A model generated the notes under the pieces. That model saw only the letters and a list, made by a program, of their open reading frames with translations, was not told where the DNA came from and did no database searches. Shown here in pieces: positions 37,926 to 47,120 of a stretch of DNA of 64,000 nucleotides. The stretch comes from Escherichia phage SF: sequence record MH359124, one strand, 5' to 3'. How positions within the stretch are numbered: the stretch's first letter is position 1; every line of letters begins with the position of its first letter. The translations under genes and the position numbers were made by a program.

Positions 37926-37976
37926 GTTTACTTCTCCAGTAGTTGTGTTATGATAGACCTATCAACTACTGGAGAA
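37926..37976 (+). promoter_or_regulatory. Early promoter cassette with perfect 14-bp inverted repeat TTCTCCAGTAGTTG/CAACTACTGGAGAA spanning promoter and SD
   Basis: Arms at 37932-37945 and 37963-37976 checked base by base. Confidence 0.6.
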
Positions 37977-37980
37977 CAAA

Positions 37981-38298
37981 ATGAAAACCATCGACTGTAA
38001 AGCAGAATTTAAGATTTTTTATCACGGATCAAGTAGTTCAGCTAACATAGAAAATATGCTTTGTCCTCCTGAGGAAACAGGAGTTCTGTCTGAAACTGGA
38101 CGTAAGAAAAACTTGGATCGTGTATTCTTTACTGAAGATATCGGTTTAGCAAAGATTTATGCAGGACGAGCAGCACGCTCTTGTGGAGGTGAACCACGTC
38201 TCTATCGAGTAATTTCTCCGGTAGACGTAGTTCAAATGAATAATACTAAAGGTGCTACAGTTTATCACGCTGAATGGGCATTTTGCGAGGAAATATGA
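37981..38298 (+). CDS. Hypothetical protein
   Basis: ORF. Confidence 0.5.
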   Translation: MKTIDCKAEFKIFYHGSSSSANIENMLCPPEETGVLSETGRKKNLDRVFFTEDIGLAKIYAGRAARSCGGEPRLYRVISPVDVVQMNNTKGATVYHAEWAFCEEI

Positions 38299-38483
38299 GC
38301 AAATTAACTAAAGTTACTTTTATCGGTTGGTTTAAAAGCGGCGAGATGTTCACTAAAGATATCATGTTATCAGGTGATCGCGAAGAAATCGAGTGGGTTG
38401 CGGTACAACTTGCCGAAGTGAACAACGCATTAGTTAAAGCATTTGTTAATGACGAGAAAGTTTTCGAAGCAGATTTTCGATAA
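38295..38483 (+). CDS. dmd: Dmd (61.5), antitoxin against host RnlA/LsoA-type toxins
   Basis: MSKLTKVTFIGWFKSGEMFTKDIML...ALVKAFVNDEKVFEADFR matches T4 Dmd. Confidence 0.85.
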   Translation: MSKLTKVTFIGWFKSGEMFTKDIMLSGDREEIEWVAVQLAEVNNALVKAFVNDEKVFEADFR

Positions 38484-38554
38484 TTTTAAAATAACCGTTT
38501 ACAAGCACCACATACTGTGTTACTATCTTTCTATCAACTACAGAGGAAATTGAA

Positions 38555-38923
38555 ATGAAAAAATTAATCGCTTTAGCAATGGTATTTGGATTAACCGGAT
38601 GTGGTGCCCATGGCTTTATCCCTAATAACGTTGGCCAACTGATTTACAATCCGAATGTTAAACAGTATGAACAACCTAAAGTTGAAGTGGAAGACCCGGT
38701 TACTGTAGGTAATCGAATGATTCAAGCTGATGCTCATGCTCAACGTTATCGTGATTCTGATACTGTGGCTGTGTCAAAAGAACAACGCGTTAAAGAACAT
38801 TGCTTACAGGCTACTGAAATCGCATTCATTCGCTATGTTGAAACAACTGGTAAAGAGCCTACCCAGAAACAAATCGCAAATAACTACGTCCAGTGTATTG
38901 AACGTTTAAACAAATTTAATTAA
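38555..38923 (+). CDS. Putative lipoprotein (lipobox LTGC)
   Basis: Signal peptide MKKLIALAMVFGLTGCG. Confidence 0.55.
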   Translation: MKKLIALAMVFGLTGCGAHGFIPNNVGQLIYNPNVKQYEQPKVEVEDPVTVGNRMIQADAHAQRYRDSDTVAVSKEQRVKEHCLQATEIAFIRYVETTGKEPTQKQIANNYVQCIERLNKFN

Positions 38924-38984
38924 TTGGTTTACGCCAAAGTTAAAACAAGATATTATAAACATAACAAATCAAGAGGAAATTAAC

Positions 38985-39233
38985 ATGGAATTATTCGTAG
39001 CTAGTTCAGTAGCGGTTTTAATCGCAGGTATTGGTTCAATCATCATTTACATGTTGCCTTGGGTAATCGCACTTATTCGTGGCACAAAAAGCACAACAGC
39101 AATCTTCTTTGTATCTTTACTCTTTAACTGGACGATGATTGGTTGGATTGGAACTTTAATTTGGTCTATCGTTGCCGAAAAGAAATCTGCCCAGCAGCCT
39201 CAACAAGTAATTATTATTCGCGAAAAAGAATAA
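38985..39233 (+). CDS. Hypothetical membrane protein
   Basis: Two hydrophobic segments. Confidence 0.5.
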   Translation: MELFVASSVAVLIAGIGSIIIYMLPWVIALIRGTKSTTAIFFVSLLFNWTMIGWIGTLIWSIVAEKKSAQQPQQVIIIREKE

Positions 39234-39296
39234 ACTTGTTTACATTATAGATGGACTATAGTATAGTAGTCCTATCAAATTAACTAAGGAGTTAAA

Positions 39297-39590
39297 ATGA
39301 AAAAGTTATCATTGGCAGCAATCTTACTTGCAGTATCATGTGCACCAGCTCCAGTTACGGCAGGTTATGATAAAGACCTCTGTGAGTGGTCAATGACTGC
39401 AAATCAAGAAGATGTTGAACAACAAATCTTCTCTGATATCATGAACATCACTAAACGAGACCGTCCTAATATGGTTAATAAAGTTGTTGAACAACTTAAG
39501 TCTGGCGGTATCATGCAGTACAATTATGTTTTGTATTGTGACCCTAATTTCGATAACAAAGATATCGTAACCGAAATCACAGGTGAATAA
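39297..39590 (+). CDS. sp: Spackle periplasmic protein (lysozyme inhibitor / superinfection exclusion)
   Basis: Signal peptide plus GYDKDLCEWSMTA...YVLYCD matches T4 Sp. Confidence 0.85.
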   Translation: MKKLSLAAILLAVSCAPAPVTAGYDKDLCEWSMTANQEDVEQQIFSDIMNITKRDRPNMVNKVVEQLKSGGIMQYNYVLYCDPNFDNKDIVTEITGE

Positions 39591-39591
39591 T

Positions 39592-40242
39592 ATGATTTAT
39601 TATATGCACAAAAATGCGCCGTTTAAATATGGTAAATTTCCTAATGCACAATGTTATAATATAACGCCTAATGAAAATAATAACGGATATCATATTGGTG
39701 TAATTTTTGTAATTGTTAAAGATAACGAAATCGTTGCCTGGGCAGATTTTAAAGGTACAACGTATGATGTTAATCCTGTGCCTTTCACATATTACAATAT
39801 AATGGATTTGGCATATGATTATAATTGGTTTAATCATGACGCGTTGGCTCATATTGAAGGTGTAGGATTTGACATCTCTTATTCTAGATATTCATTATGT
39901 CCTATGAGCCGAGCTCACGGTAAAGATGCATCATATCTTTCATTTCGGAAACGTGTAAACTTCAAACGTAGTACAGAGTATGTCGGTGGACTCTTTGTTA
40001 AAGATAATAAAATAACCCGTATTAGTTATCCTTTAAGTGTAGGTCAAAAAGATGTTGATGTTGATTTAGACTTAACTGAAAATAACATTAATCGTATTGC
40101 TTCTGTATATTTTGATATCGATGAAAAAATTGTAGTGTGTGGATACGAATTACCACCTGAAGAAAAGGCTGAAGCAATTGAAGTTGAATTAGAAATTTCT
40201 GTTGATGACCAAATATTTAATGCATTTATGAATCGAGGTTAA
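39592..40242 (+). CDS. Hypothetical protein
   Basis: ORF. Confidence 0.5.
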   Translation: MIYYMHKNAPFKYGKFPNAQCYNITPNENNNGYHIGVIFVIVKDNEIVAWADFKGTTYDVNPVPFTYYNIMDLAYDYNWFNHDALAHIEGVGFDISYSRYSLCPMSRAHGKDASYLSFRKRVNFKRSTEYVGGLFVKDNKITRISYPLSVGQKDVDVDLDLTENNINRIASVYFDIDEKIVVCGYELPPEEKAEAIEVELEISVDDQIFNAFMNRG

Positions 40243-40243
40243 A

Positions 40244-40441
40244 ATGACTACTGCAATTTGCACTGGTTCCAAAATTAGTGTTTTTACAAGTTTTGAAGAT
40301 TATGAAGTTGTTTCAAAACACCAATACCATATTAGCGTAAAAGCTAATGACGGTGTAATTTGGAATATTCCACAGTATGAAGGCACTACATATGAAGTCA
40401 AAGATATAAATGGTGACAAAGCAATCTTTGTAATTGATTAA
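40244..40441 (+). CDS. Hypothetical protein
   Basis: ORF. Confidence 0.45.
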   Translation: MTTAICTGSKISVFTSFEDYEVVSKHQYHISVKANDGVIWNIPQYEGTTYEVKDINGDKAIFVID

Positions 40442-40460
40442 ATATACTCAGGAGGTACCT

Positions 40461-40928
40461 ATGGGTATTATTAACACTGCAATAGATTCTGTTTATGCAT
40501 ATAAGTTTATTCGACTAATGCAAAAACCTTTTACCGAATGGAAAGCATACGAAGCCAAAATCATCGATGAACGTGGAAGTGTTCTTAAACGTCCTTCTAC
40601 TCCAGAAGAGAAAGCGGCTTATACACCTTTTCATGCTTCAGTTCGTTCAATGAAGCGAATGATGAGCACTGTTCCAGGTCTTAATGGAATGGCCTCAATG
40701 ATGTCTGCCTGGAGTGCTGTAGCTTCACGCTATAACATTACGGAAGAACAACAGAAAGAAATATTTAAAGAACTCCCTTTATTTGAGGATATGGTTGCTG
40801 GTGATTCAGGTGGCAGCCCTCAAGCTATTGCATCAGGAACAACTACAGGTGCAGTCGTAAATAAAGGCCCAGAACAAATTCCTTCCAAGAAAAGAAAGCG
40901 AATTAAAGTAAATATTAATAAGTTGTGA
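40461..40928 (+). CDS. Hypothetical protein
   Basis: ORF with GGAGG SD before ATG at 40461. Confidence 0.5.
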   Translation: MGIINTAIDSVYAYKFIRLMQKPFTEWKAYEAKIIDERGSVLKRPSTPEEKAAYTPFHASVRSMKRMMSTVPGLNGMASMMSAWSAVASRYNITEEQQKEIFKELPLFEDMVAGDSGGSPQAIASGTTTGAVVNKGPEQIPSKKRKRIKVNINKL

Positions 40929-40967
40929 TATGATGGCCTTATTAATTTAAGGCCTCTGGAGAATACT

Positions 40968-41990
40968 ATGGCTGAATGGATAGATAATGAATTTGCTTAT
41001 CGTGCGTTTTCTCACCTACCTCGTTTTAGACAAATCAATAATTCAAGCACATTTAAATTAACATTTCGTTGTCCAGTTTGTGGCGACTCCCAGACCGATG
41101 CAATGAAAGCTCGCGGATGGTATTATGGCGGTACTCCTGGTAATGTACATTGTTATAATTGTCAATACCACAATACAATTTCCGGATACTTAAAAGAGTA
41201 TGATGAAGAGCTTTATCGCGAATACCTAATGGAAGTTCGTAAAGAAAAAGCTAGAATGGAACCAAAGATTGAAAAGGTTCCTGAACATAAACCAGAACCG
41301 GAGAAAAAGACTATAAATTCTTTGCCGTCTTGTTCTCGTCTGGACAAGCTGCCTGAAGAGCATCCTATTGTGAAATATGTTAAGTCTCGATGCATTCCTA
41401 AAGAATCATGGAACAGATTATGGTTCACATTAGAATGGCCTAAATTGGTCAACAAGATTCAACCTGGTACGTATAAGAAAGAGATTCCCGAACCACGTTT
41501 AGTGATTCCTATTTTTAATAAAGACGGGAAGGCTGAGTCATTCCAAGGACGTGCACTTCGTAAAGATGCTCCTCAGAAATATATCACTATTAAAGCGTTC
41601 GAGTCTGCAACAAAAATTTATGGTGTTGAACGTGTTAAGGAAGGAGACGTCTGGGTAATGGAAGGCCCTATTGATAGTTTATTCATACCCAATGCAATCG
41701 CTATTACAGGCGGCTCAATAGATTTAGATGTGGTACCATTTAAAGAACGTCGGGTATGGGTAATGGATAATGAACCTAGGCATCCAGATACTATAGCTCG
41801 CATGAAGCGATTAGTTGATGCAGGCGAACGTGTTATGTTCTGGGACCGAGCTCCATGGAGATCAAAGGATGTGAACGATATGGTAATGAAAGAAAATGCA
41901 ACACCACAAGAAATTTTAGAATATATGAAACAGAATATTTCAAGTGGGTTGCATGCTAAAATGAGATTATCTCGTTATTCTAAGATTTAA
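40968..41990 (+). CDS. 61: DNA primase gp61
   Basis: 340 aa, zinc ribbon CPVCGDS...CYNC, TOPRIM-like region. Confidence 0.92.
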   Translation: MAEWIDNEFAYRAFSHLPRFRQINNSSTFKLTFRCPVCGDSQTDAMKARGWYYGGTPGNVHCYNCQYHNTISGYLKEYDEELYREYLMEVRKEKARMEPKIEKVPEHKPEPEKKTINSLPSCSRLDKLPEEHPIVKYVKSRCIPKESWNRLWFTLEWPKLVNKIQPGTYKKEIPEPRLVIPIFNKDGKAESFQGRALRKDAPQKYITIKAFESATKIYGVERVKEGDVWVMEGPIDSLFIPNAIAITGGSIDLDVVPFKERRVWVMDNEPRHPDTIARMKRLVDAGERVMFWDRAPWRSKDVNDMVMKENATPQEILEYMKQNISSGLHAKMRLSRYSKI

Positions 41991-42184
41991 ACAAGCCCTA
42001 TAATAGCAAATGCCAAATCAACTACGGTATCCAATGGAACAGAAGGAACCATAACACCATGGGCAACTAACAATGGCGCAATCCCGAAGTTCCATGAAAT
42101 AATGCCACCTACAACTATTGCAGCGATAGCAGTTTTCTTTTTATTGCCTTTAATAGCGTTGATTAACGATGGAAGTTTAAACAT
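41987..42184 (-). CDS. Hypothetical small membrane protein on the opposite strand
   Basis: 65-aa hydrophobic ORF with AAGGAG SD 5 nt before ATG. Confidence 0.45.
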   Translation of the reverse strand: MFKLPSLINAIKGNKKKTAIAAIVVGGIISWNFGIAPLLVAHGVMVPSVPLDTVVDLAFAIIGLV

Positions 42185-42215
42185 AATATCTCCTTAGTTA
42201 CCTATTATTTATTAC

Positions 42216-42239
42216 GCTTTATAAAATTAATGTTAGAAT
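42216..42239 (+). promoter_or_regulatory. MotA-box middle promoter (GCTTTA, 12 nt, TAGAAT) for gene 56
   Basis: Same arrangement as promoters of 47 and 39. Confidence 0.5.
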
Positions 42240-42273
42240 TAACTTCTCTTATACTGAATTGAAAGGAAAAATA

Positions 42274-42795
42274 ATGGCGCACTTTAACGAATGTTCACAA
42301 CTTATTTCTGGTGTTGATAAAGCAGAAGAAGCTTATTTTAATGCTCTGATTCATGAAGATAAAGACCCATTGCAGGTAATGCTTGATATGCAGAAATCTT
42401 TACAGGTTCGTCTGGCAAATGACAAGCCTGAACATAACAAACATCCTGATGAATTGGCCACTGCTGGCGATGTTGTTGATTGGCTGCGTAATCAGAAAGA
42501 TTATATCGATGATGAATTCCGTGAACTGCTGACTTCACTTGGTGGTATGAGCAATGGTGAAAAAGCCGCTAGCTCTGTATGGAAGCCGTGGAAAGCACAA
42601 CATGCTGAATATCGAAATCGACGTATCGATGAACTGTCTCCTGAAGACCAGCTTGAAATTAAATTCGAGATGATTGATATCCTCCACTTTGTTCTGAATA
42701 TGTTCCAAGGCCTAGGTCTTTCCGCTGAAGAAATCTTTAAACTTTACTACTTGAAAAACCAACACAACTTTGAACGCCAGGATAATGGTTACTGA
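42274..42795 (+). CDS. 56: dCTP/dCDP pyrophosphatase gp56 (MazG-like)
   Basis: MAHFNEC...matches T4 gp56. Confidence 0.9.
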   Translation: MAHFNECSQLISGVDKAEEAYFNALIHEDKDPLQVMLDMQKSLQVRLANDKPEHNKHPDELATAGDVVDWLRNQKDYIDDEFRELLTSLGGMSNGEKAASSVWKPWKAQHAEYRNRRIDELSPEDQLEIKFEMIDILHFVLNMFQGLGLSAEEIFKLYYLKNQHNFERQDNGY

Positions 42796-42802
42796 TTAGG
42801 GT

Positions 42803-42810
42803 TATAAATA
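42803..42810 (+). promoter_or_regulatory. T4 late promoter core TATAAATA upstream of soc
   Basis: Exact TATAAATA about 30 nt before soc ATG. Confidence 0.6.
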
Positions 42811-42841
42811 CACCTGTAATTAAACAACAAAGGAGTTAATT

Positions 42842-43078
42842 ATGGGTGGTTATGTAAACATCAAAACCTTTACACGTCCGGCTGGTGAAGGCAAAGAAGT
42901 TAAAGGTATGGAAGTTTCTGTACCGTTTGAGATTTATTCAAACGAACATCGGATTGCAGATTCTCATTACCAAATCTTTCCATCAGAAAAGGCAGCATAT
43001 TCTACTGTAGTTTCTGATGCAGCTGATTGGAAAACTAAGAATGCTGCAATGTTTACCCCTACACCAGTAAGCGGTTAA
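42842..43078 (+). CDS. soc: Small outer capsid protein Soc
   Basis: GYVNIKTF...HYQIFPSEKAAYSTV matches T4 Soc. Confidence 0.9.
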   Translation: MGGYVNIKTFTRPAGEGKEVKGMEVSVPFEIYSNEHRIADSHYQIFPSEKAAYSTVVSDAADWKTKNAAMFTPTPVSG

Positions 43079-43087
43079 ATAATTTAA

Positions 43088-43113
43088 GGAATCCTTCGGG
43101 ATTCCTTTTTTTT
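43088..43113 (+). terminator. UUCG-tetraloop terminator (GGAATCC-TTCG-GGATTCC followed by T8)
   Basis: Seen in sequence. Confidence 0.7.
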
Positions 43114-43180
43114 GTTTCTAGAGTTTACAACCACTAAAAACTGTGTTAAGATATTCTTACTTACTCAAGAGGAGAACAAT

Positions 43181-43408
43181 ATGTTAAATCGTTGGATTAA
43201 ACCTAATAACACATTAGGTGCTTTGATTGCTCAAGAAGTTTCGTTGAAATACGGTCTTGGATATTATGATGATGTAGTCGTACACTCGTTCATGATGGAT
43301 GGCGAAGACGTCAAATTTAATGCCGAAATCCGTTGGGACGATGGTGGTGTTCGTTTTGTTCGAGGAACAATTAATGCTTACGATGCTGAAGAAGTTGTTT
43401 GCTGTTAA
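43181..43408 (+). CDS. Hypothetical protein
   Basis: ORF with GAGGAG SD. Confidence 0.5.
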   Translation: MLNRWIKPNNTLGALIAQEVSLKYGLGYYDDVVVHSFMMDGEDVKFNAEIRWDDGGVRFVRGTINAYDAEEVVCC

Positions 43409-43419
43409 ACCAGGCGAAG

Positions 43420-43622
43420 GTATGATGCCTATTCCTGATACACACGAAAAAAGTTGGGAATATATCGGTGACGGAATGATGGAAGAAGTTGTTCGTCCAA
43501 AAACAAAACAGGTTAATGCTTCAAGCTCTTCAAGTTATAATCATTCATACGTATCATCTTGGCCTGGTGATTCCGGGTCAAGTTATTCTGATTGTGGTTC
43601 AAGCTCAGGGAGCTGTGAATGA
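43420..43622 (+). CDS. Hypothetical protein with Ser-rich C-terminus
   Basis: ORF with GAAGG SD. Confidence 0.4.
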
Positions 43623-43798
43623 ACAGAATAGTAAAATGGTTTAAAAGCTGGAATGATGGAGTCGGACCAGAAGATTGGTTAGATGTTTTTGAAGAGAAAA
43701 TGGTCAAAGAACTCCAGAAACATGAAGAGAAGCTCGTCGAAGATGAAGGCGAACGTATTGTAAAACTTTATATGGGTGAACCATCGAGGAAATTATAA
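43619..43798 (+). CDS. Hypothetical small protein (59 aa)
   Basis: Hand-translated; ATGA overlap with upstream stop. Confidence 0.35.
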   Translation: MNRIVKWFKSWNDGVGPEDWLDVFEEKMVKELQKHEEKLVEDEGERIVKLYMGEPSRKL

Positions 43799-44262
43799 TG
43801 GATGCTATGCTATTTAAAATGTATTTGCTTGAAGCCAAGTCGTTTAAACATATACCAGTAGAAGATAAGACTCCACTAGAAATAGCTATTCTCATTAACA
43901 AATGTCTAAATAATCCGCAATATATCGTAGAAGAATTCTGCAAATTGCAGATTCCTAAAGGTTACAAAATTCGTGTAGAGCGAGTTGGAGCTATTACTCG
44001 TTCTAAAAATTCTCCGTTTAGTCTTGAAGAAGGCATAAAGGACTTAGGTTATGAATCTACGGAAAATGCCGTTTATGTGAATCCAGAAAAGCGTTTAGAT
44101 TTGTTTGAAAAGCGAGACCATAAGTATTTTGCCAAAAAATACTTTATTACGTCATTAGCAGATTTAATCCATTTGCAACGAGCTATTTGGAAATTTTTTA
44201 AGACAAAAGGTGTAGCGCTAGAAACATTCTCCGAACCTGCTAGTTTTTATCTCGGTGAATAA
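43798..44262 (+). CDS. Hypothetical protein
   Basis: ORF. Confidence 0.5.
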   Translation: MDAMLFKMYLLEAKSFKHIPVEDKTPLEIAILINKCLNNPQYIVEEFCKLQIPKGYKIRVERVGAITRSKNSPFSLEEGIKDLGYESTENAVYVNPEKRLDLFEKRDHKYFAKKYFITSLADLIHLQRAIWKFFKTKGVALETFSEPASFYLGE

Positions 44263-44263
44263 T

Positions 44264-44443
44264 ATGGACTTGATGAGTATGTTTGATGAGCCTGAAGTTG
44301 AGGCTCCTAAAGTGCATCGTAGTGAACTTGTTGATGAACTAGATAGTATTATACAACGTCACGGCTTTAGTTTACCTGTTGAAGCCCTGAAAGACCTTGC
44401 CTCTTATTATGACGACCCTCCACCATGGAGTCCTTGGAAATGA
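44264..44443 (+). CDS. Hypothetical small protein
   Basis: ORF. Confidence 0.4.
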   Translation: MDLMSMFDEPEVEAPKVHRSELVDELDSIIQRHGFSLPVEALKDLASYYDDPPPWSPWK

Positions 44444-44659
44444 AAGAGAAATTTAAAGAGAAATTCTTACTAGAAATCAAGGAAAAAGACTTTGAGACAT
44501 GGTATCGAATGGTGAAAGGGTTGACATTGCTTTTTAAAGCATCCTTATTCATGTTAGAACAACCTGGTCCTGATGGACCTTTAGTAGGAAAGCTTAAAAA
44601 GTAGTTTACATTCCCTCCTCTCGTGTTATGATAGGCTTATCTTTAAATGGAGGTCTATC

Positions 44660-45241
44660 ATGACATGTCAATCTGAACTTCAAGAACGCGAATACCTAAC
44701 AAATCTGATTGATAGCAAATTCACCCGCCAAGAACAAAACATTCTCTGGGCTTGCACAGATTCTAAGGAAGACCCGGATTTCCACTATGAATTAGACCAT
44801 CTTGTTCGTAAGCATATGACTTCTACAGTACCAGTAGAACTCTACCGCGGTGTAACTCCAGAAGAAGTAGAACGTCTTTCCCTTCTTTCTGTTGGATGTC
44901 ATTGGTCTCCTGGACGAGTAACATCATTCACAACTGATTTCAGTACAGCTCGTCAATTCTCCGGGAGTTGGGAGTATCAGACGTACACTATTCTTAGTCT
45001 CAGGAATGCTCCATTCATTTTTGATTACTACCAAAACATGGTTAACATTGTACTTGCCGGAAAGAACCCTAAGCATGTTATGGAAGAAACACGTGTTGAC
45101 GTCCTAGATATGATTGAATCTGAACAAGAGTACATGGTCTCAGGTATCTCTAGATTTGAGATTGTGGAAATTGAAGACTTAGAATATGACCCTTTATCTC
45201 AGTTATACAAAATCATTCATTTAAAAATGTTGAATTTTTAG
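44660..45241 (+). CDS. Mod-family ADP-ribosyltransferase (ModA/ModB-like)
   Basis: R-S-E-type pattern: ELYRG, FSTAR, EQEYMVSG; synteny next to srd. Confidence 0.65.
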   Translation: MTCQSELQEREYLTNLIDSKFTRQEQNILWACTDSKEDPDFHYELDHLVRKHMTSTVPVELYRGVTPEEVERLSLLSVGCHWSPGRVTSFTTDFSTARQFSGSWEYQTYTILSLRNAPFIFDYYQNMVNIVLAGKNPKHVMEETRVDVLDMIESEQEYMVSGISRFEIVEIEDLEYDPLSQLYKIIHLKMLNF

Positions 45242-45298
45242 TGTACAAACTCTTCCGACGATGATACTATACTTTTATCAACCACAGGAGAAACCTAA

Positions 45299-45907
45299 AT
45301 GTTTATGCCGTATAATGAATGTGAAATTGAGGAAATGGTTCGACGTGCTCAATGCCTGGATTATCAAGATATGCTTCAGTACAAAATCGATGAGCAATTC
45401 AGTGACATTGAACAAAGTGTACTATGGCAGTGTATGGAAAACAAGCCTGATAGCATCCAACAAGATTTAAGTGCAATCGTTCGTAGAAATTGGTCTTCTT
45501 CAGTTCCTGAGACAATGTATCGTGGAATCTCTAAGAAAACTATGGCCACACTCGATGATAAAGGCATTGGTAGTATTATTAAATTTGACAGAGTAATGAG
45601 CTTCAGCCCAGTGTTCGGTGTAGCACGTAACTTTGCTTCATATAATTTTTACGGAACATTTAATATGTTCTGCATCAAAGATGCACCATTTGCTTTCAAC
45701 TTCCGTGAACATATGCTTAATATGATTCTGGCTGCACCATCTTGCGAGTTCAATGGAGCTTTCCCTGAAGCGACAAGACGGTCTAATGCTAGACTTATAT
45801 CTGACGAATGTGAATTTATGCTCCCTATAGGGACTACACTGCGTGTAGATTCTATTATTCAAGATGGACGTTATACAATCTGGAATCTGTCTATTGTCGG
45901 TTACTGA
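45299..45907 (+). CDS. Mod-family ADP-ribosyltransferase (ModA/ModB-like)
   Basis: TMYRG, FSPVF, ECEFMLP; paralogous to preceding ORF. Confidence 0.65.
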   Translation: MFMPYNECEIEEMVRRAQCLDYQDMLQYKIDEQFSDIEQSVLWQCMENKPDSIQQDLSAIVRRNWSSSVPETMYRGISKKTMATLDDKGIGSIIKFDRVMSFSPVFGVARNFASYNFYGTFNMFCIKDAPFAFNFREHMLNMILAAPSCEFNGAFPEATRRSNARLISDECEFMLPIGTTLRVDSIIQDGRYTIWNLSIVGY

Positions 45908-46059
45908 CTGGATTGGAATAACCGGATGGAACTCAGAACCATTATAACACATAAAAAATTAAAGCATTTTACGAAAAAAGTGTGTACACTACCTGAGGGC
46001 ATGATATTATAGACCTATCAGCTAAATGACCTAACGTCCGTAAGACAGAGGAAAATATT

Positions 46060-46806
46060 ATGTTATCAAATAATAAAATTAACAAAATCAATCGTCGTCT
46101 TGACCACACCAGAGCTTCTGCGAAGAGACGCTCTAAGGATTTTAACTTAGATTTTAATTACCTTAAAAACATCCTTGATCAAAAGGTCTGCGCTTACTCA
46201 GGTGAATCTTTCAATAACTCTGTTGAAGGTGAGAAATTATCCTTAGAACGTTTTAATAACGATATCGGCTACATTAAAGGTAATGTTATCCCGGTTAAGA
46301 AAAAATATAACACGGCTCGTTCTGATTTAACATTAGAAGAACTTATTGATAAACGTGATGCCATTGCAAGACGTATCGCTAATCCTTCTGCCCGTAAAGT
46401 AGAGAAACTTAATCTCGACGAGAAGAAATGGGCCCAAATTAAAAAGGTTTATGGTACTATTTTAAAAATCCGAGCAAAACGTGAAAATCGTGTTAAGCAT
46501 ATGGCGAACATGATGAAAAATCAACCTTTATCTAACGAATCTAAACTTAGAATTGTTGCTTTGAAAGCACGCATTAATGGCTCACATCAAGCAGAAGGCC
46601 ATGAACTTACTAAACTCAACGTTCTTCTTAAAGGCTCTGACTGGAAAACTAAAACTAAATTAACTGACGCTGAATCGCTTTTCGATACATATGATAAAGT
46701 TATCCAAGGTCTGCAACGTTTTGAAAAGATCGGTTTCATTGGTAAATTAAAATTGAAACGTGGCTTACCACTTAGCGCATCATTATTCCAACTGATTAAA
46801 GGTTAA
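46060..46806 (+). CDS. srd: Srd-like protein (by synteny and size)
   Basis: 248 aa between mod genes and dda. Confidence 0.5.
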   Translation: MLSNNKINKINRRLDHTRASAKRRSKDFNLDFNYLKNILDQKVCAYSGESFNNSVEGEKLSLERFNNDIGYIKGNVIPVKKKYNTARSDLTLEELIDKRDAIARRIANPSARKVEKLNLDEKKWAQIKKVYGTILKIRAKRENRVKHMANMMKNQPLSNESKLRIVALKARINGSHQAEGHELTKLNVLLKGSDWKTKTKLTDAESLFDTYDKVIQGLQRFEKIGFIGKLKLKRGLPLSASLFQLIKG

Positions 46807-46808
46807 TT

Positions 46809-47120
46809 ATGGTTTATGTATATGCAATAGTTTATCGAGATATGGAAGGATTTACTGTCCCGGTTCCACTTGATGAGCATCGTCCTGCAGTATTTTTTAG
46901 AAAGGATATTGCAGATAAAGTTTTCGATACTTTGAAAACACAGTATAAAACAGATTTAAAAATGGGAGTTCTAAGAATGGTCGAAACTCCGCGTAAGTTC
47001 TGGTTTAATAAGCTTGAAATGAAACACGTTAAACTAGATGCGGAGACGCAAAGATTGTATCAACGAATCCTGGATACAGGCCGTATTGTTAGTATTCCAA
47101 TTGCAGGGACTTTACGATGA
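46809..47120 (+). CDS. Hypothetical protein (dda.1 position)
   Basis: ORF. Confidence 0.5.
   Translation: MVYVYAIVYRDMEGFTVPVPLDEHRPAVFFRKDIADKVFDTLKTQYKTDLKMGVLRMVETPRKFWFNKLEMKHVKLDAETQRLYQRILDTGRIVSIPIAGTLR

Noticed and set aside
43420-43622. Ser-rich C-terminal tail (SSSSSYNHSYVSSWPGDSGSSYSDCGSSSGSC) as a possible modification target
   Set aside because: Low-complexity sequence in a small ORF with an uncertain start; no basis for a functional claim.
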